A DNA stretch of 64,000 nt from Candidatus Culexarchaeum nevadense (GTDB lineage: Archaea > Thermoproteota > Methanomethylicia > Culexarchaeales > Culexarchaeaceae), in NCBI GenBank assembly GCA_025060975.1, contig JANZKA010000002.1, positions 5,629-69,628 on the forward strand, in the 5' to 3' direction. Position 1 is the stretch's first letter; each line of letters begins with the position of its first letter. Both the position numbers and the translations under genes were made by a program. Below the pieces are notes generated by a model. The model saw nothing but the letters and a program-made list of their open reading frames with translations, was not told where the DNA came from and did no database searches. Shown piece after piece: positions 38,970 to 48,588 of this stretch.

Positions 38970-39371
38970 TTAAATTTCTTCTTTCAATAATCCAATTAAC
39001 TCTTCTATTCTTCTTCTATTCTCTTCTAGCATAGCTTTCTTAAGTCTATCTTTTAAAGTTCTCTCTACCTTTAAAGTACTACCTTCAAGCATCTTTTCTA
39101 TCTTTTTACCTATCTCTTCCCCCTCTTCATCGAAGTCTGTTAGTATTGCAACTCTAAGTCCCATATATTTCGTGTTTAGAGATTCCATTAATGTTAATAA
39201 TGGTTTATGAGCATCTCCTAGGGCTATTATATTGGTTTTGCATCCAAGTTTTCTCAAGACATACTTGTCCCGTTTACCTTCAACTATTATTAGATCAACA
39301 TTTTCATCTAGCTTTTTAATTGCTTCAATTATTTCCATTCTCCTTTCGATGATCTTCCTTCTCTTCCCCAT
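38970..39371 (-). CDS. small Toprim-domain protein
   Basis: IIVEGKRD and ILTDFDEEG. Confidence 0.85.
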   Translation of the reverse strand: MGKRRKIIERRMEIIEAIKKLDENVDLIIVEGKRDKYVLRKLGCKTNIIALGDAHKPLLTLMESLNTKYMGLRVAILTDFDEEGEEIGKKIEKMLEGSTLKVERTLKDRLKKAMLEENRRRIEELIGLLKEEI

Positions 39372-39902
39372 CTACCTTCCCCTTGCATGGAATATTATGT
39401 GGCGTAATTCTGGTAGTATCAGTCTTTCTAAGGCTATGGGTATGGCATTTGGTGATCCAGGTATCGCTACAAGTAATCTTCCATCTAGAATTCCAGCTAT
39501 AGCTCTAGACATTATCGCTGCGGACCCTATCTCCCTATAGCTTAACATCCTAAATATCTCTCCAAACCCTTCCATATTCTTCTCCACAATCTCCATTATC
39601 GCTTCATACGTTAAGTCTGTTTTACTTAACCCTGTTCCACCTATGAATATTATTGCATCATTGCCTTCCTCGATCTTCCTCTTTGCCTCCATTTGTATTA
39701 TTCTTTTATCATCTGGTATTATCTCTTTACATGTAACTGTATACCCATATTTTTCGATTATCCTTTTAGCCATTTCTCCAGATTCATCTTCAAAGGGTTC
39801 TCCACGAATCTTCCTTTCATATCTAGATGTGCTTACAATTATTATTGCAACTTTTATATCCTTCACTTCTTTCATCGCATTCTCCTTATGTTCGATGCTC
39901 AA
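39372..39902 (-). CDS. moaB: molybdenum cofactor biosynthesis protein MoaB/MogA
   Basis: DESG, IPDD, GGTGLSKTDLT.EA, GFGEIFR, SRA.AG, PGSP. Confidence 0.9.
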   Translation of the reverse strand: MSIEHKENAMKEVKDIKVAIIIVSTSRYERKIRGEPFEDESGEMAKRIIEKYGYTVTCKEIIPDDKRIIQMEAKRKIEEGNDAIIFIGGTGLSKTDLTYEAIMEIVEKNMEGFGEIFRMLSYREIGSAAIMSRAIAGILDGRLLVAIPGSPNAIPIALERLILPELRHIIFHARGR

Positions 39903-39909
39903 ATCCTCC

Positions 39910-40857
39910 TCACCCCCTATAGATTCTTGTTCCAGTTTTCCCCTCCAATGCTTCTGCAGCCTTTTCTAGTGATGTTATTATTGCCAATTCTCCACCCCAC
40001 TCTATAAATCTTATACAAGCTTGTATTTTTGGCCCCATACTTCCAGGTGGGAAATGTCCATCATCATAATACCTTTTAGCTTCTTCTATAGTCATTTCGT
40101 CTATGTCTACTTCATCTGGTTTTCCAAAATTCAATTTAACTTTTTCTACGTCGGTTAGTATTAGGAGTATGTCTGCATTTATTATTTCCGCCAGTTTTTC
40201 ACTTGCTAAGTCTTTGTCTATGACTGCTTCCACGCCAGTGTACTCATCATTTTCTAAGGTTACAGGTATTCCTCCTCCCCCAGATGCTATTACTATTACT
40301 CCTTCATCTACAAGCTTTTTTATCACTTTACCTTCAAGTATCCTTATAGGTTCTGGGGATGGGACAACCCTCCTGTAAGTCTTCCCTTCTCCAACTTTGA
40401 CTTTCCTCATGATCATCCCCATACGAATCTTCTCTTCGGCTTCTTTTTCATTGTAGAATGGTCCTATTGGTTTTGTTGGATTTTTGAATGCAGGGTCATT
40501 TTTATCTACTTCTACTTGTGTTATTATTGTTGCAACCTCTCTCTTTATCCCCCTTTTCTTGAATATATTCTTCAAAGTTCTTTGTATAAGGTATCCTATA
40601 TGTCCTTGCGTCATAGCTCCTAGGACGTCTAGAGGTTGGGGTGGCACTTCTTTTGCTGCTGCTTCTTGTTGTATTAGTAGATTCCCAATTTGCGGTCCAT
40701 TTCCATGTGTTATCACTATATCGTATCCCATTTCTATTATTTTTGCAAGTTCTATGCATGTTTTATAGATGTTCCTTAATTGTTCTTCATATGTACCCAA
40801 TTCTTCTGCTCTCTTTATTGCATTTCCACCAAGTGCCACTAATACCCTTTTATGCAT
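39910..40857 (-). CDS. arcC: carbamate kinase
   Basis: ALGGNA, THGNGPQIG, PTKPIGP, RRVVPSP, GGGGIP, VIDKD, GSMGPK. Confidence 0.95.
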   Translation of the reverse strand: MHKRVLVALGGNAIKRAEELGTYEEQLRNIYKTCIELAKIIEMGYDIVITHGNGPQIGNLLIQQEAAAKEVPPQPLDVLGAMTQGHIGYLIQRTLKNIFKKRGIKREVATIITQVEVDKNDPAFKNPTKPIGPFYNEKEAEEKIRMGMIMRKVKVGEGKTYRRVVPSPEPIRILEGKVIKKLVDEGVIVIASGGGGIPVTLENDEYTGVEAVIDKDLASEKLAEIINADILLILTDVEKVKLNFGKPDEVDIDEMTIEEAKRYYDDGHFPPGSMGPKIQACIRFIEWGGELAIITSLEKAAEALEGKTGTRIYRG

Positions 40858-40920
40858 TCCATGCCCCCTCGCTGTTGAGACAAATCATTTATCTTATTTC
40901 TAACTATATATATTGTTGGT

Positions 40921-41253
40921 TTGGTGATTTATTTGCAAAAGGTTAGTTATGGTTTAATTGCCTTTGTAATAGCTTTAATCTATTTTGGGATGATCTTCAT
41001 ACTATTTTACCTTGGATTTCAAATCGGAATGCTAGATGCATTGTCTGGATTTCTCCTATCTCTATCTATTTGGACTTTAACTTATGGTTTGAAGTTTGCA
41101 TCTGGGGATCGTTTCTGGATTGTTAATGGGTTCGTTTTAATGTTTTTCTCTGCCAGCATGCTAGTTTTCTCTCTTACTGGTTCAGGTTTATTATCCATTG
41201 GGGTTTTATTGTTTTGTATTGGAATATTTGGGCTTATTATGGTTTTAACGTGA
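40921..41253 (+). CDS. small multi-pass membrane protein
   Basis: About 110 aa with four hydrophobic segments, a GGTGAT SD, and fills an intergenic gap. Confidence 0.7.
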   Translation: MVIYLQKVSYGLIAFVIALIYFGMIFILFYLGFQIGMLDALSGFLLSLSIWTLTYGLKFASGDRFWIVNGFVLMFFSASMLVFSLTGSGLLSIGVLLFCIGIFGLIMVLT

Positions 41254-42228
41254 TCACATTAATTCAATAGTCCTTTTCACAACATCTTCAACTTCTTTCA
41301 GAATCTTCCTTTTCAATGTTAGGTAGTTTATGATTTTACTCTTCCATGATAACTTCATTCTGAAACCACATGCGAAGGGATGTCCTCCACCACTAAATTC
41401 TTCTGCTATCTTCAATAAGTTTATGTTTTTAGATTTGTTTCCGATGTATAGTGAAATTGCATCATCCCTTCTCCAGACTATAGTGAAGTCTAAATTGAAT
41501 TTTTCAGAAATTCTTTTAGCAAGCCAGCTTTTCGGTGTTTCAGCCCACCTTAAGTCAATTAATCCAAATTTCAATCCACTTTTTGTCTCATATATCTTAG
41601 TCTTCTTATGTGCTTCATTGATGTCACGTTCAGTTATCCTTTTCACTTTTTCAGCTTCCCTCGAGATTTCTTCATCCCAGAATATGCCATTTGAGAATTT
41701 CATTATAAGCTTCTCTTTCCACCCATTTTTAAAGCTTAATGCTCTTAGTATAAAGCTTTCATTGAATTTGTCTATTAATGCGTCAATGTCGTCTGCATAT
41801 TCAGCTATCTTCCTAGATATATCATCTTCTTTCATGAATTTTTCGTAGACTATCCTTGCAGCACTTAGAGTTTTTTCCACTATTATTAATTCCACTGATT
41901 TCATGATTTCATTTATATCTTCAATGCTCCACTGGTGGTGATCTATCCATATTATTCTTTTCCCTTCACTGTTAAGTTTTTTTATTATTCCCTTTGTGTT
42001 TTCAGAATTTTTTATGTTTATGGATATATCTGTTATATATATTGTTTTCACATTGCTGTTTATCAGTTTCTTTAGTTTCTCTGGTAGTGCTGATGGACCT
42101 GTGAATATTAATTCTATATTTTCGTTTTTAACATTCATTTTTATTCTTAGGTATCTTAGCAATATGGCTGCGGAGGCTATTCCATCTATGTCGCCATGGG
42201 TTAGTATTACGATATCCTTCATCTTCAT
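41254..42228 (-). CDS. DHH/DHHA1 phosphoesterase
   Basis: THGDIDG, ITDI, IDHH, SGGGHPFACG. Confidence 0.88.
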   Translation of the reverse strand: MKMKDIVILTHGDIDGIASAAILLRYLRIKMNVKNENIELIFTGPSALPEKLKKLINSNVKTIYITDISINIKNSENTKGIIKKLNSEGKRIIWIDHHQWSIEDINEIMKSVELIIVEKTLSAARIVYEKFMKEDDISRKIAEYADDIDALIDKFNESFILRALSFKNGWKEKLIMKFSNGIFWDEEISREAEKVKRITERDINEAHKKTKIYETKSGLKFGLIDLRWAETPKSWLAKRISEKFNLDFTIVWRRDDAISLYIGNKSKNINLLKIAEEFSGGGHPFACGFRMKLSWKSKIINYLTLKRKILKEVEDVVKRTIELM

Positions 42229-42281
42229 CCCTTACTTCTTTGCGCATTGAATTGATTGTTTAATTTATAGTTGGATATCCT

Positions 42282-42455
42282 TCATTTATATCTTCTTCTG
42301 ACACCTCTCATCATTGAGCTTACTCCAATTATCAATATGCTAGCTCCACCTACTATTACTAATGCTATCCCTATTTCTTGCTCTAATGTTAACAGTATTA
42401 TTCCTAGGAATAGTATCAGCATTGATATTACTTGCAATATTGTTCTTTCATTCAT
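42282..42455 (-). CDS. small two-TM protein (57 aa, absent from the ORF track)
   Basis: MNERTILQVISMLILFLGIILLTLEQEIGIALVIVGGASILIIGVSSMMRGVRRRYK. ATGA overlap with the upstream exonuclease stop. Confidence 0.7.
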   Translation of the reverse strand: MNERTILQVISMLILFLGIILLTLEQEIGIALVIVGGASILIIGVSSMMRGVRRRYK

Positions 42456-43030
42456 GTGCATTCCTCCATTACATTTCTCAATTCAATGCTTTTCACTACA
42501 TCCACTATCTTCCTCATCTTATCATATATCTTTTTAAGTGCTTGTAGATCGTCATAGCAGTGTTCTATTATGAGTTTCATGGCTTCTTGATCTCCAGCTA
42601 TTGCTTTCATGTAGTATGGTGGCATATCCCTCCCCTTTAATTCAACCTTCTTTGGTATACCCATATACTTTGCCACTGCATCTAGGCTGTATTCGCTTAG
42701 TTTGAGTAGTTTCTTTGCGTATCTGTATAGGTCTATGTGTTCTTTTAGAATTATTGGTGTTGGATCTATGTCGTGTATGATGGCTCTGGCTATGAGCATT
42801 GGTATGTCAAATGCAATTCCATTCCATGTTACTATTATTGTGGCGTTTGATAATTCATCGATGCTCTTTCTTATGAGTTCAGCTTCCCCTTCTATAACGC
42901 TTCCCTTCAGGAACTCATGGCTCCATTTTCCATCATCCCACATTATTCCAACTCCAACTATGAATCCACTGTCTGCTGTTAGTGATGTTGATTCAATATC
43001 CAAGAATGCTATTCTTCCTTTTTCGTTCAT
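42452..43030 (-). CDS. RNase H-like DEDD exonuclease (YprB family)
   Basis: FLDIES, TWNG..FDIP, HIDL, YSLDAVA, HCYDDL. Confidence 0.85.
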   Translation of the reverse strand: MNEKGRIAFLDIESTSLTADSGFIVGVGIMWDDGKWSHEFLKGSVIEGEAELIRKSIDELSNATIIVTWNGIAFDIPMLIARAIIHDIDPTPIILKEHIDLYRYAKKLLKLSEYSLDAVAKYMGIPKKVELKGRDMPPYYMKAIAGDQEAMKLIIEHCYDDLQALKKIYDKMRKIVDVVKSIELRNVMEECT

Positions 43031-43073
43031 GACTAAAATTATCTTCCTCCTTGTTTATCTCATTTTCCATTAC

Positions 43074-44162
43074 TCATATTTCATGTTCAAAGTATTTATG
43101 TAGTTTGTTGATGTTTTCCATGCGCTTCCTATTATGTTCTTCCACGTATCCAATTAATGTTTTTATTAGTATGTTTTTGCATTCGCCACAGAGTATCTCC
43201 CCATTTCTACATTTCCAGTAATGTTCTTCAACTTCTTTTACGTCTTTAAAGTGGAATACTGAGAGCCACTCATAGACTACACATTTCTCGGTTTCTCCTC
43301 CAAGCTTCTTCTGCTCCTCCACAGTTGCTCTTCCACCTGTGAATGCTGCCCAAACTTTGTTTCTTATAATTTTTGGTGTGTCAGTTATGAATATGGATGT
43401 TTCCGGTTTTGAGGCTGACATAGGTTCACCTGTTAGTCCTCTGATAAACTTTATGTATAGTGATGCTGGTTTGAATACCCTCAATTTTCCAGCTATATCT
43501 CTGCTAAGTCTCATGTATGGGTCTTGATCCATACCTATTGGAACTACCACTGGGTATCCATACATGACTGTTGGTCCAAGTATGTGTGCTGCTTGTGTTG
43601 CTGCATAGAATACTTCCCCTATATTTACTTCATCTGTGAATCCGAATGTTGCTTTCACAGTGTTGTATGTTAAGTGTTTTGAGAAGCTTACTGCAAGTCT
43701 ATAAACCCATCCACTTCTAGTTGATACATATAGTTTTGTATCTTCCTCCTTGAATCCTAGTGATATTATGCTTAGTGCATTGCTGAGAGCGTATTTGTAT
43801 GCTACATCTAAGTTTTCCACTTTCTGGAATACGTATTTCTCATCATCTGATAGTGGTATGAATACTTTTGCATTCAATTCTTCTTGTAAGTATTTTATGA
43901 ATTCGAATAGGACTAGGTGGCCCATATGAAGTTCTTCTGATGGTCCTCTACCTGAAACTATGGCTAGGGTTTTACCTGTCTTTCCTTCCTCTAGGTATTT
44001 GTCGAAGTCTCTGTGTGCAAATACTATTTTGAGTTGTATGAATTTATGTTTGTTTTTGAATTTTTCAGCTAATTCTTCTTCAAACTTTTTTGCTCCAAAT
44101 ATTTCTATGAGCTTATCGTAATCTGAGCTTTTCTCAGTGCTCTTTGGTATGCCAAACGCCAT
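43074..44162 (-). CDS. trpS: tryptophan--tRNA ligase (archaeal type)
   Basis: SGRGPS..LHMGH, SDDEKY, PIGMDQDPY, PMSAS, AFTGGR, CGECK. Confidence 0.95.
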   Translation of the reverse strand: MAFGIPKSTEKSSDYDKLIEIFGAKKFEEELAEKFKNKHKFIQLKIVFAHRDFDKYLEEGKTGKTLAIVSGRGPSEELHMGHLVLFEFIKYLQEELNAKVFIPLSDDEKYVFQKVENLDVAYKYALSNALSIISLGFKEEDTKLYVSTRSGWVYRLAVSFSKHLTYNTVKATFGFTDEVNIGEVFYAATQAAHILGPTVMYGYPVVVPIGMDQDPYMRLSRDIAGKLRVFKPASLYIKFIRGLTGEPMSASKPETSIFITDTPKIIRNKVWAAFTGGRATVEEQKKLGGETEKCVVYEWLSVFHFKDVKEVEEHYWKCRNGEILCGECKNILIKTLIGYVEEHNRKRMENINKLHKYFEHEI

Positions 44163-44230
44163 CCCTCATATTCATCATGGATACTTATATTTAATGTTAA
44201 ACTTTTATACTTTATTTTGGTGGCATATGA

Positions 44231-45160
44231 TTGAGAGTTGCCTACGCTTTTTCACCAGCATCTATCTCCAGCTTCTTCTCCCCGTATATTGTTGATAATC
44301 CATTGGAGTGTGGGGCTATTGGTGGAGGTTTCCCTCTCAATGTTGGGGTTAGAGTTTCAGTTAGAGTTGAAAATTCCGATAATGGCTTCTCCCTAGTATC
44401 TAAGGTTAATGGTAGGGTTTTTGATTCATTTATTGTAAGTAAGGTTTTAGAGCTTCTTGGAGTGATCGATGTTAATTACCGTATTGAGGTAGATCAATTT
44501 ATAGATGTGCCTGTGGGGTGTGGTTATGGAACTAGTGGTGCCAGTGCTATTGCTGTAACTATGGCTTTATGTAGAGCTTTAGGGTTTAAAAAGACTTTCA
44601 TTGAGATGGCTAGGATAGCACATCTCGTGGATTATTATTGTGGTACTGGTTTAGGGACTGTTAGTGGTATTTGTGGTGGTGTTGGTGGAGTGAGAATTAT
44701 TGTTAAGCCTGGAGGTCCTGGGTATGCTGTTGTGGATAAAATATTCATACCTAACGATTGCTATATAGTTTCAGTGGCCTTTAATCCAATTGATAAGAGG
44801 AGGCTTCTTAAGGATAGAAGTTTCCTCAGTTTTATAGAAGTTCTTGGTAAACGTGTGCTTAATGAAGTTTTAAGGGATCCCTCTTTAGAGGTCTTCTTCA
44901 AATGTTGTAGAGATTTTGCTTTGAAATCCGGTTTAATGACCGTTAAAGTTAAATCTTTATTGGATATTCTGGATTCTGCTGGTTTCAATTTAGCTACTCA
45001 AAACATGATTGGTGAAGCTGTTCACATTCTCGTTTACAAGGAGGATTTGGGTAGAGTTAGAGATATACTTAAGTTTCACCTTGGAGATGATGGTATTGTG
45101 ATTGTTGCTGGAGTTGAGGATCGTGGTCCAAGATATTTAGATGGGTTAACGGTGTCGTAG
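44231..45160 (+). CDS. pantoate kinase (GHMP family)
   Basis: PASISSFF, PVGCGYGTSGA, AH...GTGLGTV, PGGPG, QNMIGEAVH. Confidence 0.82.
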   Translation: MRVAYAFSPASISSFFSPYIVDNPLECGAIGGGFPLNVGVRVSVRVENSDNGFSLVSKVNGRVFDSFIVSKVLELLGVIDVNYRIEVDQFIDVPVGCGYGTSGASAIAVTMALCRALGFKKTFIEMARIAHLVDYYCGTGLGTVSGICGGVGGVRIIVKPGGPGYAVVDKIFIPNDCYIVSVAFNPIDKRRLLKDRSFLSFIEVLGKRVLNEVLRDPSLEVFFKCCRDFALKSGLMTVKVKSLLDILDSAGFNLATQNMIGEAVHILVYKEDLGRVRDILKFHLGDDGIVIVAGVEDRGPRYLDGLTVS

Positions 45161-45162
45161 CC

Positions 45163-46458
45163 TTGGATTTAGGGGTGGGTTTAAGATTCGTTGATTTGAA
45201 GGTTAATGAAACACTTTGGATAGCTGGACCAGCTAGGATACTTGTATATAGCGGGGTTGTTGAGGTTTTTGGAGCTAGGATTGTTAAGGGGGAGTCTATA
45301 ATTGTTAAGCGTTTTAAGTCCATTTACTTGAAGGCTTTAAGTGATTGTAGAGTTGGAATTTCTAGTGGAGCTTATATTATGGCTGTTGAGGATGATGGTA
45401 TACCGGATGATTGGCGTAAATTGGTTTCGGAGATATCTAATATTAAGGGTAAAATTATGGTTTTGGGTGGTTTAGATTCTGGGAAGAATACTCTTGTAAC
45501 ATTTCTTTCCAATAATCTTTTCAGTTTTGGTTTTAATGTTGGAGTTTTAGATGCTGATGTTGGTCAAAATGAGTTGGGTCCACCAACGACAATGGCTCTT
45601 GGTCTTGTTAAACGCTCGATTTCTTCATTGGATCAGTTGGATGCTATTGGATACGTTTTTGTTGGTTCAACTTCCCCTGCCAATGTTCGTGGTAGAGTTT
45701 TTAATGGTCTGAGGAAGCTTATGGATTTATCTAGCAAGTTTAAGTTGGATTACCTCATAATAAATACTACTGGATGGATATCTAATGGTGGAGTTGACTT
45801 CAAACTAGAGAAGATTAAACTCATTAAACCTGAAGTGTTAATAGGAATTGAGCGTAGTGGTGAGCTTGAACCAATATTATCCTCGATTAACGTGGATTGC
45901 AAAGTTTTTAGAGTTCCATCTTCCAGGAGGGTTAGGGTTAGGGATAGACTTGATAGGAAAAGTATTAGGCAAATGAATTATGCCAAGTGGTTTGATGGTG
46001 CCTTGAACAGAAAGGTTTCAATTGATGATTTCATTGGATTTGAGCCTAACATCTTTCAAGGTTCTCCTATGAATGATTCTGAAATTGATTTTATTAGTAA
46101 GATTTTGGGTGTTAAGGTTGCTTGTTCAATACGTAGGGGTGATGACATCATAATATTCCCATACTCCGATTTAGATGCTAATGAGGATGTTAGGAGAAGG
46201 GTTGTTGAAGAATTTAGTGTTAGAGGGTGTCAAATAATTCCTTTCACAAATTTAGTTCCGCTTTTGGTAGCCTTTGAAGATTTGAATGGAGTTTTTATGG
46301 GTCTAGGGATATTGACTAATATCGATTTTAGGAATAGGGTTCTTCAATTCTATACGAATGTAAATATTAGTAGGGGGGTTAAGGTTATTTTGGGTTTAAT
46401 TAGAATTAACCCAGTTAATTTTGATGAGATTGGTTATTCCAGAATACCTTTAACTTAA
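45163..46458 (+). CDS. Clp1/NOL9-family polynucleotide 5'-hydroxyl kinase
   Basis: GGLDSGKNT, DADVGQ..LGPP, FVGSTSP, INTTGW, R...R lid. Confidence 0.88.
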   Translation: MDLGVGLRFVDLKVNETLWIAGPARILVYSGVVEVFGARIVKGESIIVKRFKSIYLKALSDCRVGISSGAYIMAVEDDGIPDDWRKLVSEISNIKGKIMVLGGLDSGKNTLVTFLSNNLFSFGFNVGVLDADVGQNELGPPTTMALGLVKRSISSLDQLDAIGYVFVGSTSPANVRGRVFNGLRKLMDLSSKFKLDYLIINTTGWISNGGVDFKLEKIKLIKPEVLIGIERSGELEPILSSINVDCKVFRVPSSRRVRVRDRLDRKSIRQMNYAKWFDGALNRKVSIDDFIGFEPNIFQGSPMNDSEIDFISKILGVKVACSIRRGDDIIIFPYSDLDANEDVRRRVVEEFSVRGCQIIPFTNLVPLLVAFEDLNGVFMGLGILTNIDFRNRVLQFYTNVNISRGVKVILGLIRINPVNFDEIGYSRIPLT

Positions 46459-46520
46459 ATTTAGCATGGTAGTAATGGTTAGCTTTTTATTTAATTGCTC
46501 ACATTTCTATTCTGATTTAA

Positions 46521-47258
46521 ATGACCATTAAACTCTATCTTGAAGACTCATATATTAGGAGTTTTGAAGCCAGAGTTTATAGTTTGGAGAAGATTGATGA
46601 TTTATTCCGCATATATTTGGATAGAACTGCATTTTACCCAGTGAGTGGTGGTCAAGATCATGATACTGGGATTATAAGGGGTGGTGGGGGATCTTTTAAA
46701 GTTTTGCGTGTAGATGAGCTTGATGATGGTACTGTGGTTCATAGTGGCGTTCTTGAGGGGATTATCAATGTTGGGGATTATGTTGAAGGTGTTATAGATT
46801 GGGATAGAAGGTATAGATTGATGCGAATGCATACAGCTGCTCATATACTGATTCAATCAGTTAGGGGTATTTATGGTTTAAATGTGAAATGTGTTAGTGC
46901 AAGTAAGAAGGTTGATGGTGGCCACATGGATTTTTCTACTTCAATACAGAGGGATATGCTTAACAAAATTGAAGCTTTAGCTAACAATGTTGTTAATGAA
47001 AATAGGCCTGTCATTGTCCGATATATGGATTTAGAGGAGGCTGAATCATATATATCGAGGTTTGGGGAGTCCTTAGACTTGTATTTGAGGAAGCATGATG
47101 TTAGAGGACCTATTAGGATTGTTGAAGTTAAGGATTGGATAGCCATTCCTTGTGGTGGAACCCATGTGCGTAGTACTGGTGAAATTGGCTTTATAAAAAT
47201 TTTGAAGAGGGAGAGTAAGGGTAAAGGAGTTACTAGGATATATTTTGATGTGGCTTAG
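46521..47258 (+). CDS. alaXM: AlaX-M alanyl-tRNA editing protein
   Basis: LYLEDSY, TAFYP.SGGQ, DWDRRY.LMRMHTAAH, CGGTHV. Confidence 0.9.
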   Translation: MTIKLYLEDSYIRSFEARVYSLEKIDDLFRIYLDRTAFYPVSGGQDHDTGIIRGGGGSFKVLRVDELDDGTVVHSGVLEGIINVGDYVEGVIDWDRRYRLMRMHTAAHILIQSVRGIYGLNVKCVSASKKVDGGHMDFSTSIQRDMLNKIEALANNVVNENRPVIVRYMDLEEAESYISRFGESLDLYLRKHDVRGPIRIVEVKDWIAIPCGGTHVRSTGEIGFIKILKRESKGKGVTRIYFDVA

Positions 47259-47265
47259 TTTGGAT

Positions 47266-48156
47266 TTATGAGAAGAGTTTTATCCTTTCCAGCAGACTTT
47301 TCATTGAGTATTTTAGTGAGAAGTGTAGCTCTGGATTATAGTATCTGGTATTCAGCTTCCTATCTAAGTACCTCCTAGATATTTCCTCCAATTCTAATCC
47401 CAGTACGTCCACTTTATCTGAAGCATATGTGAATGTCCATTCTCCACCGTATGATGGTACATAGTTAGAGTATATGCCAACGTATTTGAATATTTCCTTC
47501 AATGATTCCTGTATTTCCAGTATTCTTCTTCCATACATTTCATATCCTGATGATTGTAGGAGTAGTATGCCATCATCTTCCAGTATCCTTTTGATTTCCT
47601 TGAAGAATTCTTTCCCGTACAGTTGTATGGATGGTCCTGAGGGTTCTGGATCTGTTAAATCCATTAGTACGATATCGAATTTCTCGTTGGTTTCTTCCAC
47701 ATACTTTTTCCCATCTTCAATTACTATTTTGACTCTTGGATCTTCAAACGCACCTCTAGGTATGTTTGGCATGTATTTCTTGACGGCTTCTATTACTTCT
47801 TCATCTATTTCCACCATGATAACACTTTTTACACATCCATGTTTTAGTACTTCTCTTAATACTCCACCATCTCCTCCACCAAGTATTAGTATTTTCTCTG
47901 GTTTTTCATGGCTTATTAATGTGGGGTGCACGTGCATTTCATGGTATAAGTGTTCATCGAGTTCTGATAATTGTATTAGGTCATCTAACACTAGGCATCT
48001 CCCATATTCTTCGAAGTCTATTATCTCTATCTTCTGATATTTTGATTGTTTTGAGTATACTTTATTCTTAATTTTTAGCATTTTATATGTTGTTGGTGAT
48101 GTTTTTTCTATGTAGTATTCATCTATATATGGTTTTCTGAAGCTTATGCTATTCAT
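47266..48156 (-). CDS. speE: polyamine aminopropyltransferase (spermidine synthase)
   Basis: SKYQKI, YHEM.VH, LGGGDGG, VEIDEEV, DG, DLTDP. Confidence 0.92.
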   Translation of the reverse strand: MNSISFRKPYIDEYYIEKTSPTTYKMLKIKNKVYSKQSKYQKIEIIDFEEYGRCLVLDDLIQLSELDEHLYHEMHVHPTLISHEKPEKILILGGGDGGVLREVLKHGCVKSVIMVEIDEEVIEAVKKYMPNIPRGAFEDPRVKIVIEDGKKYVEETNEKFDIVLMDLTDPEPSGPSIQLYGKEFFKEIKRILEDDGILLLQSSGYEMYGRRILEIQESLKEIFKYVGIYSNYVPSYGGEWTFTYASDKVDVLGLELEEISRRYLDRKLNTRYYNPELHFSLKYSMKSLLERIKLFS

Positions 48157-48213
48157 ATTTGGTCAATTTGAATTAAATGGATTAATTCAAATATAACTGT
48201 TACCATAATCTTA

Positions 48214-48582
48214 TTGGGTGTTATTTTGAGGGAATTTCTATTTGAAGGTAGAAATGTACTTGTAGGAGATATTCTTAGGGTTTTAGGTCTTTGTATGGGT
48301 AGACTTTGGTTTAGTGAGCTTGTAGCTGAAGTTAATGCATTTAGGTCTACATTGGGGGATGTAGATGTTGATGATGATAGTGTTAGAAATGCTTTGAGGG
48401 TTTTGGAGGCTTCTGGTGTTGTTGTCTGTGAAGAGAGGTTGAGAAGTCAGTTGATCGGTGAAAGTGTTCCTGATGTTCTTGTTTCCATAGTTGATTATGG
48501 ATCCTTAATGGATTTACTGAAGCTTGACAAGAGGTATAATGATTATGTTTATAGGTATCGTTCATCCCTTACATTATTATAA
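48214..48582 (+). CDS. hypothetical protein (possible winged helix)
   Basis: 122 aa ORF filling a gap; 'LWFSEL...SVRNALRVLEASGVV' is wHTH-like. Confidence 0.65.
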   Translation: MGVILREFLFEGRNVLVGDILRVLGLCMGRLWFSELVAEVNAFRSTLGDVDVDDDSVRNALRVLEASGVVVCEERLRSQLIGESVPDVLVSIVDYGSLMDLLKLDKRYNDYVYRYRSSLTLL

Positions 48583-48588
48583 ATAATT

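Noticed and set aside
39369..39374. moaB TAG immediately followed in frame by the Toprim ATG
   Set aside because: Both are complete, unrelated domains; this is a simple stop-start juxtaposition.
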